The translations under genes were made by a program, and so were the position numbers. A stretch of 63,963 nucleotides of DNA, the filler included, from Lama guanicoe (lineage: Eukaryota): NCBI GenBank assembly GCA_013239625.1. It is 206 parts of 206 records of this genome, joined end to end, with 100 filler letters (N's around TTAATTAATTAA, not from the genome) between each part and the next. Parts side by side here need not be neighbours in the genome. Positions count along the whole stretch, not along the records: positions 1 to 211 come from PNXV01036232.1; positions 312 to 522 come from PNXV01036233.1; positions 623 to 833 come from PNXV01036234.1; positions 934 to 1,144 come from PNXV01036235.1; positions 1,245 to 1,455 come from PNXV01036236.1; positions 1,556 to 1,766 come from PNXV01036237.1; positions 1,867 to 2,077 come from PNXV01036238.1; positions 2,178 to 2,388 come from PNXV01036239.1; 198 more parts are not named here. One strand, 5' to 3'. Shown one piece after another: positions 1 through 12,823 of the stretch (positions are counted from its first letter, which is position 1; each line of letters starts with the position of its first letter). The notes beneath the pieces are model-generated. The model was not told the DNA's origin. It made no database searches and saw only the letters and a list, made by a program, of their open reading frames with translations.

Positions 1-1311
1 TGTTATATGCCATCATGTGGTTTTACTTCTACTTATTCTGAGGATCTACAGCATTTATTGATTCTGTGACTTGGTATTTGACAGTTTAAAAAATTTCCTT
101 GCCATATCCTTTCTCCTCTTTTAAGACCAAGCATATACATGTTAGACTTACACTGTACCCCGTATGACTTTTGCACAATTTTCTATATGGTTTATCCTTT
201 TTTCTTTGGATNNNNNNNNNNNNNNNNNNNNNNNNNNNNNNNNNNNNNNNNNNNNTTAATTAATTAANNNNNNNNNNNNNNNNNNNNNNNNNNNNNNNNN
301 NNNNNNNNNNNACAGCGTTCTCCAGCTCTGAGGAATTCCGTGTCCTTCCCAGGCAGGGCCGTCCGGGGTGGAAGAGGCCTCGGGCAGTGGGGGATGGGGT
401 GATGGCCGAGGAAGCGGGACAGTGGGGAAGCTGCCCCTGCCCACCCCTCCCCGGGCTTCAGGGCACGGTGAGTGGGGCTCCCGGCCGTCCCACCCGGGAC
501 TCTGCCGCCCCAGCCTGCTCCCNNNNNNNNNNNNNNNNNNNNNNNNNNNNNNNNNNNNNNNNNNNNTTAATTAATTAANNNNNNNNNNNNNNNNNNNNNN
601 NNNNNNNNNNNNNNNNNNNNNNGGGACCAGGACAGGGTCAGAGGACCGGCTGTGGGGAGACGCAGGGACCAGGGCGGACACAAGGAGGCAGCAGAGGAAG
701 AGTCTGACCTGGAGACAGAGGTGCCTAGAGAAGAGAGGTATTCCCTACAGGCTTTGGGAGAACCAAAGGAGAGGCTACCACTCTCTGGCTCTGCAGGAAA
801 CAGTGCTCACAAGATAACCATGAACTTTTTAAANNNNNNNNNNNNNNNNNNNNNNNNNNNNNNNNNNNNNNNNNNNNTTAATTAATTAANNNNNNNNNNN
901 NNNNNNNNNNNNNNNNNNNNNNNNNNNNNNNNNCATAAGTTTAATATAGTCTCAAAAATTCCAAGATGGCAAAAAATGTTTAGTTAAGTACTTTTCCTTT
1001 ACAGAGGAAAATAAGGCAAATCTAATTATAAGTAAGATGAATGTATTTCCCTTTAAAATATAAATTCAATATAACAAAAGGCAAAAAATACAACAAAATA
1101 CTTTAATACAAATTAGTGTCCCCAACATTTTACAGTTTTTTTTTNNNNNNNNNNNNNNNNNNNNNNNNNNNNNNNNNNNNNNNNNNNNTTAATTAATTAA
1201 NNNNNNNNNNNNNNNNNNNNNNNNNNNNNNNNNNNNNNNNNNNNCCTTACTATCAAAGGATAAAATCAGTTCACAAATTAACCATGGGTACCACACTCTT
1301 TGCATTCTTAC

Positions 1312-1436
1312 CTGAGAGGAATAGTGGTTCAACTTCATCATCATGCTCAAGACATTTGCTCTTTGATTCTGTGATAATTTAATCCACTGGGATCTTGATA
1401 TTCTCGCTACATTACAGGACATCAAACTGACCCATT
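1312..1436 (-). CDS. Candidate 125-nt internal exon, unidentified
   Basis: On the minus strand, ctctcccacag| acceptor and CAG|GTAAGA donor bound a single open frame, WVSLMSCNVARISRSQWIKLSQNQRANVLSMMMKLNHYSSQ. No homologue recognised. Confidence 0.25.
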
Positions 1437-1973
1437 CTGTGGGAGAGTTTATGTTNNNNNNNNNNNNNNNNNNNNNNNNNNNNNNNNNNNNNNNNNNNNT
1501 TAATTAATTAANNNNNNNNNNNNNNNNNNNNNNNNNNNNNNNNNNNNNNNNNNNNAAGCATTCATTACAAAGATCTAGACAGGAGCCAAAAACACTCCAC
1601 GTCACGGCCCGGATGCACTTCCAAGTGCAGTAAACTTCACACACTGTAGGATCAGAGAACAGAAAGTGAAAATCACAGCATCCATGTTCAACCAAGAAGT
1701 ACTCACACCTGCATAAGTAACTTTAATACCTGAGATGAAAGACCTAAAGACTTTAAGTCACATTGCNNNNNNNNNNNNNNNNNNNNNNNNNNNNNNNNNN
1801 NNNNNNNNNNTTAATTAATTAANNNNNNNNNNNNNNNNNNNNNNNNNNNNNNNNNNNNNNNNNNNNCGTCCTCTCTGCAGCCCACAGCCCGTGGCCAGCC
1901 CTTCTGTCGTCCGTCACCAGAACTAGGCTTTGCCTTCGCAGTAAATTCCTCGTGCATCGGTCTCCCGTTAGAC

Positions 1974-2077
1974 CGGGGCTCAGCGCCGCGTGCCTGGGGG
2001 GTCTTTGTAAATGAAAGTTTATTGGAATGTGGCCGTGCTCACTCATCTGTCCCTTGTCTCTGGCTGCTTTCATGCCA
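1974..2077. mobile_element. MER58-like hAT-Charlie MITE
   Basis: tttgtaaatgaaagttttattggaa....gccgtgctcactcat...tgtctctggctgctttcatgc. Confidence 0.8.
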
Positions 2078-2254
2078 NNNNNNNNNNNNNNNNNNNNNNN
2101 NNNNNNNNNNNNNNNNNNNNNTTAATTAATTAANNNNNNNNNNNNNNNNNNNNNNNNNNNNNNNNNNNNNNNNNNNNTCACTCTCTCCTGCTTACCTTCT
2201 TCCTGCTGTCTTAGCCTTTAATGAGGCTTCTCCACACCACCCCAAAATACCTGA

Positions 2255-2370
2255 CTTTGCCAAGCTCTTCACATGGCCAAATTCAGTGTTTCACCATGTT
2301 TCTTGTATTTCTTAATCTATCATCAGCATTTGGCACTTCCATTTACTCCTCCTCCTTGAAGTACTTTCTG
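2255..2370. mobile_element. L2 relic
   Basis: tatcatcagcatttggcac...ctcctcctccttgaagtactttct resembles the recalled L2 segment cagcagcatttgacac...ccctccttcttgaaacactttct. Confidence 0.6.
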
Positions 2371-2811
2371 TGTTTAGTGGAGCAGCGTNNNNNNNNNNNN
2401 NNNNNNNNNNNNNNNNNNNNNNNNNNNNNNNNTTAATTAATTAANNNNNNNNNNNNNNNNNNNNNNNNNNNNNNNNNNNNNNNNNNNNTCTTCCATACCC
2501 TGAAGCTGTCGTGGTGCTTTGAAGATATCAGTTTATGTGGTCTTACTCACTGTTCTACCTGCATTTAAAACCATGGCACTTAATAAGACCCGGTCTCTAG
2601 TCTCACCCCTGCCCCTGCCTCAGTAAACAGCCCCTTCACTCATCTTCCCGTTGTCCCTCAGGCAGGCCAAGTTCATCCTGTCTAAGGGCCTCTCATCTGN
2701 NNNNNNNNNNNNNNNNNNNNNNNNNNNNNNNNNNNNNNNNNNNTTAATTAATTAANNNNNNNNNNNNNNNNNNNNNNNNNNNNNNNNNNNNNNNNNNNNT
2801 GTAGATTTGGT

Positions 2812-2940
2812 GGGTAAGTTATTTAGCTTGATTGTGGTGATCTTTTCACAGTACATACATATATCGAAACATCAGTTATACACCTTAAATATACATAATT
2901 TTCATATGTCAAAGTTATCTCAATAAGGTTCTTTTTAAAA
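2812..2940 (+). mobile_element. Old L1 3' terminus (L1MA/MB-like)
   Basis: tagcttgattgtggtgatcttttcaca...tacaccttaaatatacataatttt...tatctcaataa. Confidence 0.82.
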
Positions 2941-3470
2941 AACACAGGCAAGTGGGAGGAAAAGGAAATTAACTATATTTTCCTGGACAAAAAAGCCCAT
3001 TTAGTACACTNNNNNNNNNNNNNNNNNNNNNNNNNNNNNNNNNNNNNNNNNNNNTTAATTAATTAANNNNNNNNNNNNNNNNNNNNNNNNNNNNNNNNNN
3101 NNNNNNNNNNTTATCTCACCTCCCAGCACTTGATCTGTCACTACTTTTTGACATTTTTCTTCTCTAGTCTTCTAAAACAACATTCTTTTTTTTTATTTCC
3201 CTCTTACCTCATTAACTAATCCTTCTTAGCCACCTTTGCTAATTAATAATCATCTTCCCAACCAAAAAACCATCTTCTCTGTGTGAATTACAATATAGGT
3301 AATTTCATCATTTGAGTGGTTNNNNNNNNNNNNNNNNNNNNNNNNNNNNNNNNNNNNNNNNNNNNTTAATTAATTAANNNNNNNNNNNNNNNNNNNNNNN
3401 NNNNNNNNNNNNNNNNNNNNNGAGTGAGCTGGAGAGAGCAGAAGTGACACTTATCCCTGTTTGACTCCAG

Positions 3471-3600
3471 CCCAGGATAGGTGGTCGACAGAACCGTGTG
3501 GTCCTGCAGAAGCTGAAGCCAGGTGCTCCTTACGCCATCACTGTGTCCTCCCTGTGTCCTGATGGGAAAGGAGGTCAGATGTCGGGAAGAGGCGAGACCA
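3471..3600 (+). CDS. COL12A1: COL12A1-like fibronectin type III exon (collagen XII alpha-1), diverged copy, possibly a pseudogenic duplicate
   Basis: Acceptor tttgactccag| at 3470/3471 and donor |gtaagt at 3601 bound a 130-nt open exon, [43 protein letters not shown]. It aligns to recalled human COL12A1 [41 protein letters not shown]. Confidence 0.85.
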
Positions 3601-4043
3601 GTAAGTGACCCCGGACTCCTGTGGCATTTTTANNNNNNNNNNNNNNNNNNNNNNNNNNNNNNNNNNNNNNNNNNNNTTAATTAATTAANNNNNNNNNNNN
3701 NNNNNNNNNNNNNNNNNNNNNNNNNNNNNNNNTTTTTTTTCCATAATAGAAGACATTGTAACATGTTTGGTGATGAGAATGAACTAACATCAAAGGCGAA
3801 AAAACATAGGAGAGAGAGGAGAGAAATTCTAGTTTAACGTCCTTGAGGAAGAAAGAGAGGATGAAAATGAGCACTCAAAGGAGCTGAACAGCTCTGAATG
3901 GAACGTGAGGGATCCATTCCTGGTCCCAAAAGTAACGATATACNNNNNNNNNNNNNNNNNNNNNNNNNNNNNNNNNNNNNNNNNNNNTTAATTAATTAAN
4001 NNNNNNNNNNNNNNNNNNNNNNNNNNNNNNNNNNNNNNNNNNN

Positions 4044-4254
4044 TTCAGGGCAGAGGCACTCCTTCCTCCCAGCTGCAGAAACTTAGTGGCGCTCAGCTGA
4101 AGCCCTCTCTACAAATTGCCCTCAGCTGGAGAGCACGGATTCCCCTGAAGTCCTGCCCCTTCCCCCGGGGGGGGCAGTGGGTATCCCGTGATTGGTCTGG
4201 GGTCCGGAGGCTCTCCCTCCCTTTCCCCGGATAGGACAGTTCTGAGGGCCAGCC
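4044..4254. mobile_element. LTR16-like ERVL LTR
   Basis: aattgccctcagctggagagc...cctgccccttcccc...ggacagttctgagggcca. Confidence 0.6.
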
Positions 4255-4354
4255 NNNNNNNNNNNNNNNNNNNNNNNNNNNNNNNNNNNNNNNNNNNNTT
4301 AATTAATTAANNNNNNNNNNNNNNNNNNNNNNNNNNNNNNNNNNNNNNNNNNNN

Positions 4355-4565
4355 AAACCTTCTTACCCAAGTTCAAATTCAAGTTTCTTTTATACTAAAA
4401 GGGGAGGATTTGTCGTTGGTTGGGGCAAACCACCTAGAACCTGAATCCTTTCTTTGCTGCTGTTGATCTGGTCACAATGTTCCTATAAATCTCCATAAGA
4501 CCAAGGCTTTTCTCTGTTTTGCAATTTTTTATTTCTACATGAATGGAAAGGTGTTTTTCTTTAAG
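4355..4565 (-). mobile_element. ERV LTR (cetartiodactyl ERV1-type), antisense
   Basis: ttcttttatactaaaaggggagg...gaatcctttctttgctgctg...tcacaatgttcctataaa. Its reverse complement resembles contig 51315-51525. Confidence 0.7.
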
Positions 4566-7482
4566 NNNNNNNNNNNNNNNNNNNNNNNNNNNNNNNNNNN
4601 NNNNNNNNNTTAATTAATTAANNNNNNNNNNNNNNNNNNNNNNNNNNNNNNNNNNNNNNNNNNNNACTGGACAGTTTTGATGGGAAGCTTCTTTGGGTTT
4701 CTCCTTTCATTGCTACGTTTCCATCGCAGAGAGACCGAGCAGGAGGCCCATCGCCTGTGTCTGATGGACGAGGCTGGTCTCAGATATCTTCAGCTGCCAC
4801 TGCAGGGAGCGTCAGTGTTGCTCCGGCCAGAACACCTGGGCTGCCTGCACACACCTGCACGGCTTGTCTTTTCATANNNNNNNNNNNNNNNNNNNNNNNN
4901 NNNNNNNNNNNNNNNNNNNNTTAATTAATTAANNNNNNNNNNNNNNNNNNNNNNNNNNNNNNNNNNNNNNNNNNNNACAAGAAAGCCGTTCTCTTTGTTG
5001 ACAAATGTTTACAAGATCTGCAGCTGCTTTGCAAGTTAGGATGATTCTCCTCTAGGAGTGAAGACAGTTAAAAGACCAAAGAAAAGCCGTTTATCAAGAA
5101 CCAGCCCAATGGGAAGTTGACCTCTTTGACTCTCATTCGCCTGTCGGTAAAGCCAGGTGTCAAATAGGACAAATCTCGCCCTGAGCTNNNNNNNNNNNNN
5201 NNNNNNNNNNNNNNNNNNNNNNNNNNNNNNNTTAATTAATTAANNNNNNNNNNNNNNNNNNNNNNNNNNNNNNNNNNNNNNNNNNNNTGATGTATTACAT
5301 TGTTTGATTTGTGTATGTTGAACCACCCTGTTGTGTTAGAATTAGAGATGTGGAAACTTGGGTTGGGTAACAATAGGGAATTGTAAGAGCAAAAATGTGT
5401 CTTCAAGAACTTTTCCATCCCTTCTCCACAATTACCTGTGTCTTCCTACTACTTACTCTTCAAATCTAAGTCATCCTGGCTGGGCCCTAATGTATATGNN
5501 NNNNNNNNNNNNNNNNNNNNNNNNNNNNNNNNNNNNNNNNNNTTAATTAATTAANNNNNNNNNNNNNNNNNNNNNNNNNNNNNNNNNNNNNNNNNNNNAA
5601 GGACACTTTGCTGGCTTTTCCAGCAGTTTCCGAAGCCGCTTCTCTCCCGTGCGGGGGCCTCTCTGTGCTCAGCCCTCCCTCTGGGGAGCTGAGTTGTCAC
5701 ATCTCCATCAGAGGAAGACGGTGTCTCTGAACAAAGGGTCCTGACTGAAGACAGGGCCCAGTGGAGGGGTGAGAGCGGGTTACTCGGATGCCAGTTACTC
5801 CTCTTTACANNNNNNNNNNNNNNNNNNNNNNNNNNNNNNNNNNNNNNNNNNNNTTAATTAATTAANNNNNNNNNNNNNNNNNNNNNNNNNNNNNNNNNNN
5901 NNNNNNNNNTCAGACTGCTGAACACACTCACCACGCCTCCATTTAATGTCCGTGGGTTCCCACTCTCTCCTTCTCTCAGATGAGGAAATGAAGGCCCTGG
6001 ATGACGCTGGCTGTTACAAAGAGTAACGTCTAAATTGAATATGTCATTCAAATCCAACCAACTCAAAATATACTTATCAAGGGCCTATTGTGTCTAAGGC
6101 TCTGGACAGTAAGAGCCCAANNNNNNNNNNNNNNNNNNNNNNNNNNNNNNNNNNNNNNNNNNNNTTAATTAATTAANNNNNNNNNNNNNNNNNNNNNNNN
6201 NNNNNNNNNNNNNNNNNNNNTTTTTCCTCCCTTGCAGAATAATACACAGCAATACCTGTGTGAAGATACAGAATGTTTCCCTATTATTGTGAGAGTTTGT
6301 ATATGGCTTTTCAGATGAAAAAAGAAGAAATGTTAAAAGAAATGTGATGTACATTTTTCATTTACACAAACGGGTAATTTTGGTCTCCATGACAATGCAC
6401 TGGGTTAAAAAGAAAAATTAATTAGGCATTCNNNNNNNNNNNNNNNNNNNNNNNNNNNNNNNNNNNNNNNNNNNNTTAATTAATTAANNNNNNNNNNNNN
6501 NNNNNNNNNNNNNNNNNNNNNNNNNNNNNNNAATGTAATATTTCATGTAAAAAAGTGTTCAATTCCTCATTCCTGTTTCCATTAGGATTTCCTCATTTTA
6601 TTGGGGTTATACCCTCTTATTCAACCTCTCTTGTTTATCCTAAGAAAAGATAAAAGAAGACTTTGCTAATGAATACGTTAAGACTGTTCAGGAAAAAGAA
6701 CCCTATGGAAAAACTATGAATTACATCCTTTGATATAATCATNNNNNNNNNNNNNNNNNNNNNNNNNNNNNNNNNNNNNNNNNNNNTTAATTAATTAANN
6801 NNNNNNNNNNNNNNNNNNNNNNNNNNNNNNNNNNNNNNNNNNATTATGTTTTGGAATTTATGACCCCTTTTTAAACTGCATTGGAGAATTGGCCTGGCTA
6901 GGACCCAATGAACAGTTTTATAAATATTCAAAGTATTTTCTGATATGACACTTTTTAACATAGTGAACTAAATGTTGTTGTTTACCTAAAATATTGTCTT
7001 CTCATGTATAATTATGTTTATCTAATATAGTAGAGTGGATAACTTCTTTATGTNNNNNNNNNNNNNNNNNNNNNNNNNNNNNNNNNNNNNNNNNNNNTTA
7101 ATTAATTAANNNNNNNNNNNNNNNNNNNNNNNNNNNNNNNNNNNNNNNNNNNNTAACATTATATGGTATTGAAAAATGAACATTTTTAATGTTCATTTGC
7201 CTGTCCTTCTAGACAGTGAACTCCCTGAGGACAAGGATCTTACCTTTAGTATCCTCAAACAGATGACTGGCCCAAAGTATGTAATGTTGCGCAAGGCTGA
7301 GCAGTGTGCTCACAGTGCCTCGTAATTTCCCTACCAGCCTTCCTTGTGCAGCTTTGTACTTCATNNNNNNNNNNNNNNNNNNNNNNNNNNNNNNNNNNNN
7401 NNNNNNNNTTAATTAATTAANNNNNNNNNNNNNNNNNNNNNNNNNNNNNNNNNNNNNNNNNNNNAAAAAAAAAACCTCCTTG

Positions 7483-7545
7483 AAGGAAAGAAGGAAGAAG
7501 GAAGGGAGGGAGGGAGGGAGAGATGGATAGAGGAAGGGAGGGATG
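7483..7545. repeat. Polypurine (GGAA/GGGA) simple repeat
   Basis: aaggaaagaggaagaaggaagggagggagggagggagag... Confidence 0.85.
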
Positions 7546-8086
7546 GTCAAAAGTAATTTGGTCACTGAATGACAAAGGATGAAATCTAACTGGGAAGAGA
7601 AATATAAACAATCAGTAAGGAAAATTCTGGTTTCGACTAGGTAAAACATTAAATCTGGTCATTGTCTTTTTTTTTNNNNNNNNNNNNNNNNNNNNNNNNN
7701 NNNNNNNNNNNNNNNNNNNTTAATTAATTAANNNNNNNNNNNNNNNNNNNNNNNNNNNNNNNNNNNNNNNNNNNNGGATTCCCATCTTGGGAAAAGGCCC
7801 AGGAAAGCGAAACTACATCACAGTCCACTGTTTTTTTAAGTACTCAAGGGACTTTTTTCCTCTTACGGTTTTATAAATAAGATGTGAAGTTTTTATTTTC
7901 CTGATTACAGTGAGAACATATGAACCTTCTAGAAAATGTAACAGTGAGTAAAGGACAAAATTTAAATAACTCTTTTTCCCACCTTTNNNNNNNNNNNNNN
8001 NNNNNNNNNNNNNNNNNNNNNNNNNNNNNNTTAATTAATTAANNNNNNNNNNNNNNNNNNNNNNNNNNNNNNNNNNNNNNNNNNNN

Positions 8087-8285
8087 TGCTCAAGCTTCAG
8101 GTAAGTCACGGTGAGGGAGCTGACCATCCCGCTCCACATCACCAGGACCCAGGTTCACATGTCCACCTGGAACGCTGCCAGATGCCAAGGAAGGAAACGG
8201 AAGCCAGCCTGGCAAGTTGCATATTGACTTCGAAAGCTTTGACCCAGAAGCAGCACAAGTCCCTTCTGCTCACATTTCAGTGATG
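8087..8285. mobile_element. MLT1J/K-like MaLR LTR
   Basis: aaagctttgacccagaagcagcacaagtcccttctgctcacatttca. Confidence 0.65.
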
Positions 8286-9330
8286 CTGTTTGAAGAGNNN
8301 NNNNNNNNNNNNNNNNNNNNNNNNNNNNNNNNNNNNNNNNNTTAATTAATTAANNNNNNNNNNNNNNNNNNNNNNNNNNNNNNNNNNNNNNNNNNNNCTT
8401 TGGCCACTGGCTGGTTTCACTGCTGCTGTCTGGTCGTGAAGTGGCCCCACTGAGGCAGGGGTTACTGGTTATCTCCTAGCTTCCACCTGTCCCCTCTTGT
8501 GTACTAGAAGTTGCCCTCTGTGACGCTCAAACCAGCACCGCGATACCCAGCCCCTGTGCGGTCAGGGAGCCACACCTGCGCTCACCTAGGCTCCGGCGAC
8601 GGGAAAGANNNNNNNNNNNNNNNNNNNNNNNNNNNNNNNNNNNNNNNNNNNNTTAATTAATTAANNNNNNNNNNNNNNNNNNNNNNNNNNNNNNNNNNNN
8701 NNNNNNNNAAGACTGTAAAAAATTAAAAACATAGACAATTTGAAGTCAGAAGATTAAGTTACAGTACAATGATTAAACAAGGATTTATAATAACATGAGA
8801 AGAGCTTTCAGTGGGTTTTGAATTAGGAAACACTGTAACTAATTACACATATCACTTACGAGAGTAAGACGGGGGGGTATGCAGTGATATGTTTATGTTC
8901 ATGGTGATTAGTTTGTGTCNNNNNNNNNNNNNNNNNNNNNNNNNNNNNNNNNNNNNNNNNNNNTTAATTAATTAANNNNNNNNNNNNNNNNNNNNNNNNN
9001 NNNNNNNNNNNNNNNNNNNTATTGTAGTAAGCTAGATACTACCGTGAATCTTTATTTTAACCATTTCCAAGGAATGACCACATCTCTACTATGAAAAGTT
9101 ACTGTCCTTCTTATAGTAACACATAGTTTGCTTTGCTTATAGTTATTTGTATTATGAATGTAAACTGTTAACTTCTGGGCGGGGCTTGTTTTGGTAGATG
9201 AATGTTTCTTTTTCTTCACAGCAGTGGCATNNNNNNNNNNNNNNNNNNNNNNNNNNNNNNNNNNNNNNNNNNNNTTAATTAATTAANNNNNNNNNNNNNN
9301 NNNNNNNNNNNNNNNNNNNNNNNNNNNNNN

Positions 9331-9541
9331 TTCAGGAAATGCAAATCAAAACCAAATGAAATATAATCTAACACCTGTCAGAATTGCTATTATCAAAAAG
9401 ACAACAAATAACAAGTGTTGGGGAGGATGTGGGGAAAAAAAAGAGTAAACTCATGTACTGTTGGTGGGAATATAAATTGATGCAGCCAGTAAGGAGTTTT
9501 CTCAAAAAACTAAAAATAGAACTACCATGTGATCCAGCAAT
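9331..9541 (+). mobile_element. L1 ORF2 C-terminal relic
   Basis: gaaatgcaaatcaaaacc...acacctgtcagaat...tgttggtgggaat...aaaaactaaaaatagaactaccatgtgatccagcaat (LKKLKIELPxDPA). Confidence 0.93.
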
Positions 9542-12500
9542 NNNNNNNNNNNNNNNNNNNNNNNNNNNNNNNNNNNNNNNNNNNNTTAATTAATTAANNN
9601 NNNNNNNNNNNNNNNNNNNNNNNNNNNNNNNNNNNNNNNNNGGAAAGATGCCCAGGAAAGTCACATGACTGGAAGAGCCTCGCTGGACGTCGTCTGGGTG
9701 ACCCGGCACCTCTCACGTGGGAAACCACGGAAAGGCTGGGGCTCTTTGTCTCGGTTGTCAGCCGACCTTAGTGAATACTCGAAGGATGAGAGGACACAGT
9801 GCACACCGAGGGACACCTGTGAACTGGTAGGCTTTGCAGAAGGCAGGTGGGGNNNNNNNNNNNNNNNNNNNNNNNNNNNNNNNNNNNNNNNNNNNNTTAA
9901 TTAATTAANNNNNNNNNNNNNNNNNNNNNNNNNNNNNNNNNNNNNNNNNNNNGTATATATGTCTAACATACACACACCTATAGATTCAGTGTTCTGTGTG
10001 TTTGTGCACATGTGTGTATGCACGTGAGTATATATGCACATTAAGTCTTTGCTTTTAATGCCCGGCATAGAATAAATATGAAATAAATCTTACCACAAAC
10101 AGCAAATCTTACCATAACAGCAGATAACATTTTTTAAAGGTCAAGAAATTGTTTTAGCTGTTTNNNNNNNNNNNNNNNNNNNNNNNNNNNNNNNNNNNNN
10201 NNNNNNNTTAATTAATTAANNNNNNNNNNNNNNNNNNNNNNNNNNNNNNNNNNNNNNNNNNNNAAAAAAAAACAATTATAAGAACACAAACAAAATGTTG
10301 ATGAGGCTATGGTCACTGGCATGTCTTTCTCACAATCCTCTGTTTCCCAAACTAATGTTACAGCAACCTGAATCCCCTCAAGACACCAAGAGACACTCAC
10401 ACTTGGAGGGTTGGAGAACTCAGGTTTACTATGCCAGCAGGCCCAGGAGAGTTGACACTCCAAGCTCTGGACCCNNNNNNNNNNNNNNNNNNNNNNNNNN
10501 NNNNNNNNNNNNNNNNNNTTAATTAATTAANNNNNNNNNNNNNNNNNNNNNNNNNNNNNNNNNNNNNNNNNNNNCAAAAAGACTGAAAACAGCTAAGCAA
10601 CAGCTGTTCTTCTTTATCAACTAGCCCTAGTCTGGGCAATACCATTAAAACGCGTTAGTGCCCCCATAATAGAAGGCAGGCGCAGCTCAAGAGGGCAGTT
10701 CATTTCCAAGCCCACACGTTCTCCAGAATGAGCCAGGCACCCCTTACAGCTACTTTGAACAGCATTTCAAAGTCACTTCTTGGGANNNNNNNNNNNNNNN
10801 NNNNNNNNNNNNNNNNNNNNNNNNNNNNNTTAATTAATTAANNNNNNNNNNNNNNNNNNNNNNNNNNNNNNNNNNNNNNNNNNNNGAAAACGGACTGTTT
10901 ATCTTTTCGTTCCCAGAATCTCAAAGGGTCTGGCGTTTATGTGCAGTGGCCATGAATGCACTGCACGTCCTGTGCCGGGTGCCAGACTGCAAGCTTCCCG
11001 AGACCGTGCAATTGATACGTTTGTTTACTCCATGTATCTCCAGTGTTTAGAGGGCGAGAACGGCCTGGTTCATGTTAATACCTCAGTAAGTACTCANNNN
11101 NNNNNNNNNNNNNNNNNNNNNNNNNNNNNNNNNNNNNNNNTTAATTAATTAANNNNNNNNNNNNNNNNNNNNNNNNNNNNNNNNNNNNNNNNNNNNTCTG
11201 GGTCGAAGGCCTGCCCCACTGATTTCTGGGCCATGGTGGTGGGGAACCTTCCATATCCAGACCTGCCTGGAGCCTGTGCTGGCCCTCAGAAGAGTGGCAC
11301 ACCAGCCATTCAGTTGGGGAGGGGGCGTTTGTGTTCTTATTCATCAGCTTCTGTTCAGTATGTGGTATCTGGCACTGCAATGACAGTGACCAGCAGCTGA
11401 CCCGGCCNNNNNNNNNNNNNNNNNNNNNNNNNNNNNNNNNNNNNNNNNNNNTTAATTAATTAANNNNNNNNNNNNNNNNNNNNNNNNNNNNNNNNNNNNN
11501 NNNNNNNGGGGGGGGGAAATGGGGCCACTCCCAGCATCTCACCACACCTAGTAATTATCTGGGGAAGTTGCCTGCTGACCCTGGCGGGTTGGGAGGTCTG
11601 GGCTGGGTCCTTCAGCAGGTGATGCCGTACCGCACCGGAGGTGCTCTGTACAGAGAGCACAGTGTGAGTGGCACCTGGAAGAGCCACGCTGCACGTGGAG
11701 GCCCTGTGGACGCCCCCANNNNNNNNNNNNNNNNNNNNNNNNNNNNNNNNNNNNNNNNNNNNTTAATTAATTAANNNNNNNNNNNNNNNNNNNNNNNNNN
11801 NNNNNNNNNNNNNNNNNNCACAGTCTGACCCCACTGGGAATTGAAGATGGGGTCTGGTGAGGGGGGCGCCTCTTGATTTTACTCTTTTATGACACCTTGA
11901 GCCCAGGAAAATGTAAACTCAAAGGCTATCAGGTCTGAGGAGGAAGAAAATGAATCTTCAAGTCCCTGGTATTAGCGCCGCCTTGATTTACGCGAGTTGT
12001 TTAAGATCGTCCATGGTGTTTATCCCAGANNNNNNNNNNNNNNNNNNNNNNNNNNNNNNNNNNNNNNNNNNNNTTAATTAATTAANNNNNNNNNNNNNNN
12101 NNNNNNNNNNNNNNNNNNNNNNNNNNNNNGACAAAATAATTTATATTCATTATTTCATTTGTTTCTCACCAGAGACATAAAGTAGATACTGTTATTCTAC
12201 CCACTTTGTTAGAGAAACTAGGACTTAAAGAAGAGCAACTTGGCTGTTGGATATGAATGTACTGGTCCAAGTGATAATGCAATACCATTATTCTTTCCAT
12301 TGCCAGAAAGTAGAGAGGTGGTGAAACCAGCTTCAGCCAANNNNNNNNNNNNNNNNNNNNNNNNNNNNNNNNNNNNNNNNNNNNTTAATTAATTAANNNN
12401 NNNNNNNNNNNNNNNNNNNNNNNNNNNNNNNNNNNNNNNNCATTACGACTTTGTTTTAAAAAATAAAATGCCAACTGAAGTCACTCGCCGGTGGTTCTAC

Positions 12501-12751
12501 ACGAATGAAGTCCCAGCCACTGCAGTCCCTGACCTTCGACACGCCCTGAAAGGAGTTCAGGGTGGAGATTACGAATGAGGCTCTCTGGGCTCTAGAAAAG
12601 CGGGCAGAAAGGGACTTCAGAGAGATATTTTCAAGAAAAAAATTTTATGGANNNNNNNNNNNNNNNNNNNNNNNNNNNNNNNNNNNNNNNNNNNNTTAAT
12701 TAATTAANNNNNNNNNNNNNNNNNNNNNNNNNNNNNNNNNNNNNNNNNNNN

Positions 12752-12823
12752 GACATTTGAGACCAGATAATTCTTTGTTGTGGAGGCTGCCCTGCACATT
12801 ACAGAAAATTCTTCAGTGTCCCT
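12752..12823. mobile_element. MER20 (hAT) fragment interrupted by an LTR
   Basis: gacattt...ccagataattctttgttgtggaggctgccctgcacatt. Confidence 0.8.

Noticed and set aside
6586..6670. Possible terminal exon after ttcctgtttccattag (GFPHFIGVIPSYSTSLVYPKKR* or alternative frames)
   Set aside because: Only an acceptor-like site. All frames stop quickly, none is recognised, and the SSFYWGY resemblance to SLC17 transporters does not extend.
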